Shown here in pieces: positions 25,201-38,785 of a DNA stretch of 64,000 nt. Origin of the DNA: Macrostomum lignano (taxonomy: Eukaryota); assembly GCA_002269645.1 (NCBI GenBank), contig NIVC01004015.1, positions 1-64,000 of the forward strand, in the 5' to 3' direction. Both the position numbers and the translations under genes were made by a program. The number at the start of each line of letters is the position of its first letter. Positions within the stretch are counted from its first letter, which is position 1. Below the pieces are notes generated by a model. It ran no database searches, had not been told where the DNA came from, and saw nothing but the letters and a program-made list of their open reading frames with translations.

Positions 25201-27476
25201 TGCGTATTATTTACAATTCCAAGGAAATGGCTATAGCGATACGGAATGTGTATGTATCTACAATTGTATCAAGGGACAACAAGAATTAGTCGGTTTTTTC
25301 AGAGTTCACAAGAACATCTATATAGGTCAAAACGTTTTATGATGCTGGCGTGAAGACAAACACAGTCTAAAAGTTCTAAAGAATAGTGTTTCATTCTTCG
25401 GTAGATTTTGATCGTGAAATGGTTGTGGATACACCGGATAAAGGTTGTTTGCTTTCAAGGGGCTTGGGCGCTCACATCTTTGCACTCGTCAGGCTAGTAT
25501 ACTCGTATATACATAGTCTGGTTCAACCCTCACGAGTTCATATTACCCAGCAGTGTTGGGCACTTCCGTTACCGAGTAACTTGCAAATGGTAACGCAAGT
25601 TACTTTTTCGTAAAGCGTTCCTTACGCAAGTTACTTTTTTATTTTAGTAACGGAGTAACGGTAAGTTACTCAAATTTCAGAAGTCCGTTACAGTTACTTT
25701 GCAACAATCGCAATATTTAAATTTAAAACTGAAATGCTTAGCTATTACGCCGGTTGTCACATGTTTTTGCATTTTTCATTCCTAAATTCAAAATTAAGTG
25801 AATAGTATCATATGGTATTGCGTTTAATTAATGAAGAAATACTTGAAACATGTTTTACTTTGTTAATTTCGGTAAAATATTGTCGCCTTTCATTTTCGTT
25901 ACTAAAAATTTTCAAGTTTGATTCAAACAAACAACCAAAGAAAGAAATTCATCTGTAGCCTCCACAAGTCCCTCCACTGGCACTGCAGTACACTAAACCA
26001 TTTTATACAGTTCTATTTATTTTACTCTATTGAATTATTGATATTCGTTTATTTTATCATTTATAATTTTAATTATTGATTGCCATTGCCCATTGGTCCT
26101 TCTACTTGCCTCACATCGTGTCGCCAATTCCTGTCTCTGTCTGTTAATCGGTTAATCCCAATGCCCAATGGCAAATTTCGGTAACAACAATGTGAAAAAA
26201 TGTGCAATGTGAAAAAAAGCTGAAAATTTTTGTTAATAACATGGGTAACGGAAGTGAGTAACGGACAGTAACTTAAAAGTTACCAGATTTTTGTCTAAAG
26301 TTACTAGGCTAACGTAAGTTACCTTTTAAAAATTGGTAACTTAAGTTACAGTAACGCAAGTTACTTTTTTTGAGTAACTTGCCCAACACTGTTACCCAGT
26401 ATAATCTTTTCTTGATAAACAAGGCTACAATGAATGAGATATTTATCAAGGAACATGGTCCTTTGCATTTGCTACTTTTTATTGTTGTTTCGTAAAATTT
26501 GAGTTTAAAATTTCGAGTTTCCGGTAGTTTTCACTTTTATCTATAATTCCAATAATATGTCCGTTTCAGTCAGCGTAGCACAATTACCGTCGGAGACGCT
26601 CAAATCCATCTTGGTCGGAACAATTTCGGTTGGCACGATGGAGTAAAGCATCATCTGGGAATTCCAAGTCACCGATTCGCACTCCTGAGTTGTTGGGCCG
26701 CAGGTCTCAACGCATCCCGTAACGTTTGCGCTCGGCAAGTTGTAGCCGCAGAAGCAGAGGGATGCGTGAACTCCAGCGTAGCTGCATTGACGAGAATGGG
26801 AAAGCGACCCACTGTACTCATCAGCGTGCCTAGCTCGCATCTCTTAGCGTGTCTCATTGTCATCTCTTAGCGTGTCTCCCTGTCATCTCTTAGCGTGTGT
26901 CACTGCCATTTCTTAGCGTGTGTCACTCCCATATCTTAGCGTGTCTCACTCACGTCAAGCTGCGCGCCCACAGTGCCGCATCAACCTACATGTATTTGCT
27001 CAACCCCGATCGCGTTTATCTCCATCGATTTATACTTCCTAACTAAGTATTCACATTTCCTTGTCACTTCATCTACGTTAATCCAATAAATTAAAATAAA
27101 GTAAGTAAGTCGCTAAAATCGATATCAAGCGTGAGGAATCTCTCACTTGAATCTAGCTGGCACGTCGCTGCACTGCTGCCTGCAGGTCTCGGGACTGACT
27201 GCAGTGGGGGTGCCCGAGCCGCCGATGGCGCCGGGGTTGGCGCGAAATGCGCGCCGAGAATTGGTCAAGCTGACCGACTTACAGCCGAGACTTTCGACGC
27301 TTTCTAGAATTAATTGGTACGTTGATAAAGCAGAAATCAGTCAGTTTGTTGGGGTGTTTAGGGTCCTGCTACAAATTTCACTTACCAGCAGCCTCGGAGG
27401 CTCCGATGGAAACAATAAAAACTATCCAGAGAACAGAAAGCTTAGCCAGAATCGGCAGCATGCTGTTGTGCCTCAT
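10300..27476 (-). CDS. PKD1L: Polycystin-1-like (PKD1/PKD1L/REJ family) receptor-channel, 24 exons, about 3,480 aa
   Basis: Exons: 27386-27476, 27147-27303, 26588-26781, 24978-25175, 24224-24469, 23488-23672, 22476-23115, 22189-22355, 19369-22121, 19027-19295, 18472-18798, 17593-18396, 17358-17500, ~16561-17282 (donor uncertain), 16260-16488, 15902-16173, 15448-15778, 14437-15377, 13833-14326, 12739-13172, 12497-12655, 12129-12384, 10980-11252, 10300-10451. GT-AG sites and phases are consistent. Domains: signal peptide MRHNSMLPILAKLSVLWIVFIVSIGASEA; WSC (LGC...CRQQC...YAG...CFCG); PKD repeats (YSWDFGDG...HQY...Y.I.V...); REJ; GPS CYYFD...QCFSSHM/TSF; PLAT (YELTFWTG...HARIWHDNAG..PKWY...YFF.CNRW); NDGHLWLSV..R.PRSKFTRVQR; polycystin TOP (YSGGGYV..LG...WLDVYTRGVFVE...YNPNTNLF); TRPP helices; C-terminal coiled coil. 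Confidence 0.95.
10658..10854. mobile_element. hAT-type MITE in the last intron of the PKD1-like gene
   Basis: TIRs caggggtcagcaaa and tttgctgaccc(aag). Near-perfect 8-bp TSD ccttagaa (10650-10657) / ccttggaa (10855-10862). GA-rich interior. Confidence 0.7.
11452..11722. repeat. Degenerate ~20-bp-subunit minisatellite in PKD1-like intron 22
   Basis: Repeats of ctgtctctcggtgggcgccc / tctttgtgggcacccatgtctctt / ggtaggtgtcc. Confidence 0.85.
25551..26391. mobile_element. Non-autonomous hAT element (841 bp) in PKD1-like intron 3
   Basis: TIRs cagtgttgggca and tgcccaacactg. Perfect 8-bp TSD ttacccag (25543-25550 and 26392-26399). Many subterminal gtaac/gttac repeats. Confidence 0.9.
26836..26950. 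repeat. Short ~23-bp minisatellite in PKD1-like intron 2
   Basis: About 5 copies of catctcttagcgtgtctc(a/c)... Confidence 0.8.
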
Positions 27477-28856
27477 CTGGAATTGAGTCTCAGAAGACAC
27501 TGACGCCAGTTAATGTGTTTGCTTTTTTCGCAATATTTCCTTATTCACTCCTATCTTCCTCCTAACCAGTTACTATCTGACTTCCCGGCTTGCGATGCTA
27601 ATCTTTTATTTATTAAAAACCAGGCGAGACTTGGCAGCAGACGCCCCAGCATTCATCATCCTTCCTAGCCACACACGCAACCTCATCTCCGGCCACGGTT
27701 ACAGCTAATCGGAGCGATCTGTTTATCGCTGGGTCACCCTGGAAACCGGATGGCAACAAGAAATTGTGGGAGCTGGGGCTGTGCTAGGTTGGGCGAAAGG
27801 CTTCTCATAGCAGGGGTTGGGAAGAGTGAGAGGAACAAGCAACAGGTGTTTCAGGAACAATGCCAGCGGGAGTAGGGGGGGGGCAATGAAGGCGGTGAGC
27901 AGTCAAGCGAATCGCTTGCTCAACACCACCCATCCCAAACTTTCCTGCTGCATCGCAAGCATGTTTCTTTCACGAACGTCTGGCCTCCGATCCGCAAAAG
28001 CAGCAGCAAGCAGCTGCATCAAGCTTTACTATACTTGCTGCGACAGAAAGGCCACGAAGCCACCTGCAGCTCCCAGTAAGAGGTTTGACTTGTTTGGGCA
28101 CACTGCAAGCTGCTGGAGGGGCTTAGGATGCTCCAGCCCTCATCTAAGCACTCAGCTAGGGGCAAAGACAAAAGCTGCGGCTTTTTTGTACCGAATCTAA
28201 GAGCTAAATTGGGAAGCAGATCCTCACAAAGCACCAATTATCGACAACGAAAATAAGTGGCTTACTGCTTGAAGAAAAGTTTCAAGTAGCATATAAAAAA
28301 GTCTCAAAGCTGGAATTCGTAAACATGAAAACGTAGAGAATTCTGAACAGAAATATAAAAATATACCGTATGAATAAAGGTAGCAATTGACCAAACTCGA
28401 GAAAAGTCTCACTTTGTGAGTGCTTGCTCCTAAGCAAATGCTCAACGTTAGTGTCTCAAAAGTTAGTGCTCGCATCTTGAGCAAATGTGGTCTGTCCGTG
28501 ACTGAGTAGAGGAATGCATAAGCATGAATAAAACTCTGGTCATAGATGAAACTTTTTTTAGCATTTGCTCGCATTTTCTTGAGTCTTGTCGGCGGAATTC
28601 TCAAGCCATATTCAGCATCATAATTTCCTACTGCACTGTTAGCTAGGTTGAGTTTGAAGTTAAGATGATCTGCTATAGTTAGCCTAGGCGTTTTGAAACG
28701 GGGTGAAACGCACGGCAGCCCCCCGCTGCAATTATCTACATGTATAGCCGACTTCAATAAATATAAAACTCGTATGCATATACGCGTATCTAGTCAATGT
28801 TTTTACAGCTTGTATATTTATAAAGCTCAGTACCGCTTAACAATGTAGATTGTATA

Positions 28857-30235
28857 GTATTCAACTCAGTTGTATACTATACAAGTGCATTGTACTTATA
28901 CTTTCACTCAGCGCGCAGTCATTATTCCACACTTTTGCGGCCATTATTCCACACTTTTGTCGCTGTCATTATTCCACACTTTTTATCATGCTTCAATTGG
29001 CTGTTTTAAGAGTTGTTTTACCCATAGACGACTGAGTTGTGTGGCTTAGATTGACCATAGACAACACTGTGATGAGTGCTGATTTCGCTTGCGTCTTGCA
29101 AGAAATCAGGAAAGCGAGTAGTGGGAGAAAAAGCTATTTGTCTTGTCAAACAACCATGGCTGGTGCATCTCGTCAAACAGCTGCGCTTATTAATTGAAAA
29201 AATCTTCCTGTCGACGACTGAACGAACCGTGCGGCGCTACCTAGGAAGAAAAGTCGACCATGAAGTCTTCAACGCCTTGACGGCTATAAGCGATGCTTCA
29301 AAGCGACCAATAGATTTAGTCGAGCAGCCGACAGTCCCAAAGAATCCCAACTTGGATCCTGCGTTACCAAAGAAGCCCATCAGACGAAGCTTATCAGTCG
29401 CAAGCCAACCAAGACGTGCATCTTTCAAATGGTAAGTTCGGCAACTATACTTAAGCACCTGTATTTCTCTTTTATAGAAAACATTCAAAATAGACCAACT
29501 CCTTTTGCAGTGCCGAGCATCTTTGGGAACTGCGGCTTTGAGAACTGCATGTTTCACTTTGGGTGAAAAATGTATTCATCGTGGAGATTTTCACATTGTC
29601 AAATTTCGACTACAAACTGATGAACTGCACTAGCTGTGACATTTATAATGAACTCTTTTCGTGTAGCTGGTACTTTAGTTTTAATGATTTTTTCCTTTTT
29701 GATCATTTACTCCTTGCTGTTTTGTATTTATTAACAAAAATACTGAGCGATGATTTTTCAATCCAAATGTCTATGGTACACATCAAAACTGTGAAATAAT
29801 GGCCAAAATATTTTGTTATTGCGTCTGGGTAAAACATGGATGAATGAATAGAATGGATTGCTATTCTGGCTCTGGCTATTTTCGTTTTTGACTCTTTTGC
29901 ATCCGGTTCCCCCCGTGCCTTTTCATTGGTTGATGATTGCCATAGACAATTTTCGGCCTTCGCCCCTTTCTTTCGATGCGATGCACAAGCGCAAAGAACT
30001 GAGAATTTCAACAAAGTTCAATTTCAACACAAGTAACTTCTATTTACTAACAAGAAAGCGCTTGTGCATCGAAAGAAAGGGGCAAATGCCGAAAATTGTC
30101 TATGGCAATCATCAACCAATGAAAAGGCACGGGGGGAACTGGATGCAAAAGAGTCAAAAACGAAAATAGCCAGAGCCAGAATAGCAATCCATTCTATTCA
30201 TTCATCCATGGGGTAAAAGTATAATTACAGTGCTT
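28857..30235 (+). mobile_element. Non-autonomous Crypton-derived element, interrupted by a foldback MITE; second copy at 61205-62122 in opposite orientation
   Basis: Long nucleotide similarity to the reverse complement of 61205-62122, with the same spurious ORFs. Remnant peptides IEKIFLSTTERTVRRYLGRK (Tyr at ~29238) and SIFGNCGFENCMFHFG* (29521-29566) resemble the Crypton recombinase C-terminus seen at 63301-63600. Confidence 0.6.
29835..30210. mobile_element. Foldback MITE (376 bp; ~155-bp inverted arms, 65-bp loop) with 8-bp TSD, hAT-like
   Basis: Arms 29835-29992 and 30058-30210 (catggatgaatgaatag...gcgc). TSD gggtaaaa at 29827-29834 and 30211-30218. The empty site is present in the homologous element at 61223-61230. 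Confidence 0.92.
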
Positions 30236-30382
30236 AGTATCAGTTACTATTTTTTCGATTCACAAAATAAGGAGTTTTGGCCTCAGACAATTTCTTAGAT
30301 TTCATTTTTTCTTTCTTTCTCTAGAGTGCCGGTGTGCAAATGTGACTCAGCGCCCCCTTGACCCCGCTTTCTTCTGACTTTG

Positions 30383-30830
30383 CTATAGACATTTTCAGCG
30401 GGCCGTGAAACCGACTGAATATATTGGAGTAAATGGGATTTTACCATAGACAGTCTCAGCGGGCCGTGAAACCGACTGAATACATTGGAGTAAATGAGAT
30501 TTTACCATAGACAGTCTCAGCGGGCCGTGAAACCTACTGAATACATTGGAGTAAATAGGATTTTACCATAGACAGTCTCAGCGGGCCGTGAAACCGACTG
30601 AATGCATTGGAGTAAATGGGATTTTACCATAGACAGTCTCAGCGGGCCGTGAAACCGACTGAATACATTGGAGTAAATGGGATTTTACCATAGACAGTCT
30701 CAGCGGGCCGTGAAACCGACTGAATGCATTGGAGTAAATGGGATTTTACCATAGACAGTCTCAGCGGGCCGTGAAACCGACTGAATACATTGGAGTAAAT
30801 GGGATTTTACCATAGACAGTCTCAGCGGGC
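30383..30830. repeat. 61-bp tandem repeat, about 7.4 copies
   Basis: ccatagacagtctcagcgggccgtgaaaccgactgaatacattggagtaaatgggatttta at 30444, 30505, 30566 and onward. Units are contiguous with no unique spacers. Confidence 0.97.
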
Positions 30831-30855
30831 TTTCACACCCACTATCTAAAACACT

Positions 30856-30956
30856 AATATGGATGGGCTGCATTGGGCAGAAACGAGATAACTCCAGATA
30901 ACGAGCTACGCGCCTCGGCGTTAGCTCGTTTCTGCCCTCTGCAGCCCATCAATATT
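30856..30956. other. 101-nt hairpin (37-bp arms, 27-nt loop): tiny foldback element or pre-miRNA-like structure
   Basis: aatatggatgggctgcattgggcagaaacgagataac (30856-30892) versus the reverse complement of 30920-30956; about 33 of 37 positions match. Confidence 0.7.
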
Positions 30957-31826
30957 GGTATATTTTGCTTTTCTCACGCAATCGTGGAGTTTCTAGTACA
31001 GAGATTTCTTGACGACCACAGAGAAACACGTAGACTTGGAGTCCTGACTTTACTCAACCGGCAGGGGTGGCGCATTGGGAATGAAAATCTCGTCCTTTTT
31101 CAACTTGAATCAAACAGAATGCTAGTGCATTCATTTCAAACTTAAAAGTTAAAATCTGTACCTCATTATATAAATTTTAAGAGCTTGGTAAGTTAGCTAC
31201 TTCTCTCTTGAGCTCTACATCTAGATCTCCTTGGACCCGAGGTCGCTGTAAACTGCGTCACCGACCCCAGCCCGTCCACTAGTTTTCTTATTTCCTGTGG
31301 CTGAGCAGGTCTGGCAGGATGACTTTGGCGTCGCCTGCCATGCAATAAACCTGAACAGCCTACAGTGGCTCTCATTCTTGGGCTCTCTCTCTCTCTCTCA
31401 CCCTCTCTCCCTCTCTCACTCGCTCTAGCGAGAAGCAGCAAAGACCAGGGATAGGGGTAGAAAAGGCAAATCAATAACGACAAGACTAACGAAGACTGGG
31501 CTCACACGCCCCGGCTTGCATATTCTCTTGTCAAGTGCGTGCTATGAGGAGTTGACAGTAAATTTTGTTTGTTTCCAGAGCCTTACTCTTTGTTTCTATG
31601 GTTACGAGGGCTCTTAGAGTCAAAGACTATCTCTTAGAATGGGGTGGGAGAGGAGGTCTATAGGGGGTCGGAGTTGTGACTTACTGCTTCTATCTTTTCA
31701 GTTTCTCATCTCAATGGCAATGACGAGCTTATACTGGGAACAGAAGCGCTAAAAATTAAGTAGCTTACAGAAACTGCTTCAGGTAACTTTTTATTTATGC
31801 GTCAACTATCTTCTTTTAATAACTGC

Positions 31827-32240
31827 TTTCTGAGGGATGCTTGCTGTCTGGGGGGATGCTTGCTATTTGGGGGATGTGTTGCTATCTGGGGGATGCTTGC
31901 TATCTGGGGGATGCTTGCTGTCTGGGGGATGCTTGCTGTGTGGGGGATGCTTGCTGTCTGGGGGATGTTTGCTGTCTGGGGGATGCTTGCTATCTGCCTG
32001 GGGGATGCTTGCTATCTGGTGGATGCTTGCTATCTGGGGGATGCTTGCTATCTGGTGGATGCTTGCTATCTGGTGGATGCTTGCTGTCTGGGGGATGCTT
32101 GCTATCTGGGGGATGCTTGCTATCTGGGGGATGCTTGCTATCTGGGGGATGCTTGCTATCTGGTGGATGCTTGCTGTCTGGTGGATGCTTGCTATCTGGG
32201 GGATGCTTGCGGTCTTGGGGATGCTTGCTATTTAGGGGAA
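31827..32240. repeat. 18-bp minisatellite (GGGGGATGCTTGCTATCT), about 22 copies
   Basis: Clear 18-bp period. Same family as 1-270, inverted. Confidence 0.97.
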
Positions 32241-32494
32241 TGCCTGTTATCTTTCTGAAGGCTTTATTTTGTTGTCATTTTGTTACTTTAAGAAAAAAAG
32301 AGATTCATAGCGAACGTCTTTGTCCGTGACAATTAATTTTACTAGAATAAAGTGATTTATAAAACTGAAGAAGGAATTGGTTCTTATGAAAATGTGCTTT
32401 TGTAATCTACTTGTATGAATAATCTTTGCTCCTTGCTTATTGGGGAGCGCACTAGATTGCTAGTTGTATCGAAATCTAGCTGGTTAACTGAATT

Positions 32495-32640
32495 GTTTTC
32501 GAGTCCTTGCCGGTAGGGTGCCTGATGGCTGTTGGGTAGGCAGTGCGACTGGGCGCGGATGATGTGGCCCGCCAGCTGAAGTCGTCGACGGTGTAACCGG
32601 ATGTTTAGAGTGATCAGGCTGGCGCGGCGATACGGCGATG
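32495..32640 (-). mobile_element. Non-LTR retrotransposon (RTE-like) ORF C-terminal fragment
   Basis: Minus frame LHRRRLQLAGHIIRAQSHC...QAPYRQG matches the RRLxxAGHxxR motif that follows the RT domain of RTE-clade LINEs. Confidence 0.55.
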
Positions 32641-33540
32641 AAATTTAATCTTCGAAGTTTGCAGGGACTTGTATGTGCAGATCAGTTTTAGCTAGCTGTA
32701 ATTCTAGCTAAATAAGAAGCTTTGCATAGCAAATTTTTCTTGTGAGCTGGAAGCATGATATAGATGAAAATTGACATAACAATGTAATCAATACTACCTC
32801 TGTGTGCTTTCTGCATGGAAATGTTGACGTTTTGGATTGTGAAAACGCGATGGACGAAAATTCCCTTGCCCGTCTTTTTGCTCCGGGCTTGTGTGATTTT
32901 CTGCGCCATAGAATGAATCGTATTATATTACTTAAAGTAGACGCGCTATTGCCCGGTCTTTAAGCTTTTGATCACGCTCACGAGCTGACGAGTTCGCTGG
33001 AACCGCATCCAGGCCATATCATCCACGTTAAGAATTTTACTGCCTACAGCCGCGATGAGGGAGGTGCTGCTGCTGACGTTACAGGTGCTCTACCGGCTAC
33101 CGCTAAGCACTGCACAATGCGTTTACTGCCGACTGGCTGACGCCGGCTGCCAAATGCGGTAGGTGGCGTAGCCTTCTATTCGCACTCAAGCTTTTTGCTC
33201 ACCATGTGATGACGTTGGTCTTTATTCATGATCTGTTGAAAGCGTAAACATTGTTTTGCTTTCTTCTTTGCGGTAGAAAATAACAAACACGTAGTTTCAG
33301 TTACATAAATTTGATAGAGGAAATAGCTTTATAGAAACTTTAACCCAGGCCAAGTATTAATTTTTTGTTGTGTTAATTTTAAACTTAATGACTCGTTCCT
33401 AATGCTTACAATATAAAGTGGTATTCAAGGACTACTTAAGTAGAAGGATGGGAAACTACATTTCTTGGAAAAGTTTAGTAGTCATATGGTTTTATAATGG
33501 ATCACACATGCGTTTTAAACTTTGAAAAGTTATCGGCCCC

Positions 33541-34033
33541 GGGCCGATATTACGAAACAGCTAGCAGTTAGCAGTTAGCAGCAGCTAGTTTAGCCGTGCT
33601 ATTTAGACGCGTCTGAAAAAGTGGTTTCACAACACCATGCTAAAAAGCAACGGCTAGTAAGCCGTGGCTAACGTGGCTAAAAGCATGCTAGCGTGGGTCT
33701 CTGCCATAGACATGAGGCGTCACTAAGACGATTATTGATTTGTGCCTGCGAGCGACTCGAAAAAAGTCACGGCAGGAAGTTATGAAGATAGAGGAAATTC
33801 ATTGACTAACCAGGGTTGAGGCTGGCTGAAAAACAGCTGCTAGTTTAGCCTTGCTAGTCGACGTCTGCTAGCTTCGTGAAATCAACTCTCCCACCCTCGG
33901 CACCCGATCTGACCTGCTAGCCTTAGACAGCTAGACGCTGCTACTTAGCAGTCACTTTGAGAAACCCAGCCACTGCTTTTAGCAGTTAGCAGTGGCTAAA
34001 TAGCTGTTAGCAGTGTTTCGTGAAATCGGTTCC
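33541..34033. mobile_element. Putative non-autonomous TIR element (MITE)
   Basis: Imperfect terminal inverted repeats gggccgatattacgaaac and gtttcgtgaaatcggttcc. Interior rich in ttagca/tgctaa repeats. No TSD found. Confidence 0.5.
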
Positions 34034-34249
34034 AGAATTAGCTGGGGTAATTGAGGGTGTGTGGGCGACCTCCCTCCCCAGTCCTTACGTCGTAGACTGA
34101 TCAGCTGTATGCAGCCTTCAGATAAGGCGCGCAATAGCTGCGGCTAAGCTGTCGGTTGCACATCTGGCCCAACACAAGTGTAAAGTACTATTATTACTAT
34201 TATTACTATTATTGTTATCGTTACTATTATAATATTATTATTTTTTGTG

Positions 34250-38068
<3,819 letters not shown>

Positions 38069-38785
38069 CTTGAGAGAGTAAGTAAAAGTTCAGTGCTTTT
38101 TATATGGCCAACTTGTTGACAAAGTGAGTCAGCGCTTGTAAAATAATTTTCAAGGCAAGTGACAATGACATCTATCTCGTAAGATTGCTATGGAAACCGA
38201 AATATCAAACTGCAGCAGTCACAGTCACAAACTATAATTTTTGTTTGATGATTGTCAATATATTTTGTTAAAGTTTCTCAGTTTAAGTTTTTAATTTTCA
38301 TGCTCCACAGTTGCTCTATCTAAAAAATGGGAGCTGAAAGTAAAAACATCTACCCAGACTCCTAAAACAATGCTAAAAAACAACAATGCTACATATTTTT
38401 TGCTTCTACCATGCTGTAAAAAACGAGTGAGTTGCACGTATAGCTGACTTTTCGCAAAAGTGATTGACAGCTCACAGCTCAAAATACATTTTTGCAACAC
38501 CAGATTATACACTTTTTTCCAAAGCTGAAACAATGTGGAGTTATCTATCTAATGCTAAACTGCTTTGAGATGCAATCAACTTTTAGACACAACGTTTATT
38601 ACATTTGTTTTAATTATTCAAACAGAGTGGAGGTATTTTCTACGAGTGAGCGTACTTAGTAATACGATTACTAACAAAACCAATGTTGTGGAATAGTATC
38701 TAATGAAGCAATCAATCTTTAGTGTCTTGCAACTGTTCTTTGCACTCAATGATCGTACACTTCAGTGCAGTGAGTTCTAACCAAA

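Noticed and set aside
28224-28757. 177-aa minus-strand ORF with VDNCSG, reminiscent of a transposase DDE motif
   Set aside because: A single short motif with no other catalytic residues or termini recognisable. It needs an HMM search.
30383-30830. CRISPR-like regular repeat
   Set aside because: Units are contiguous with no unique spacers, there are no cas genes and the context is eukaryotic.
31797-32329. Three overlapping repetitive ORFs (GDACYL, WGMLAI, SGGCLL)
   Set aside because: Products of the 18-bp minisatellite.
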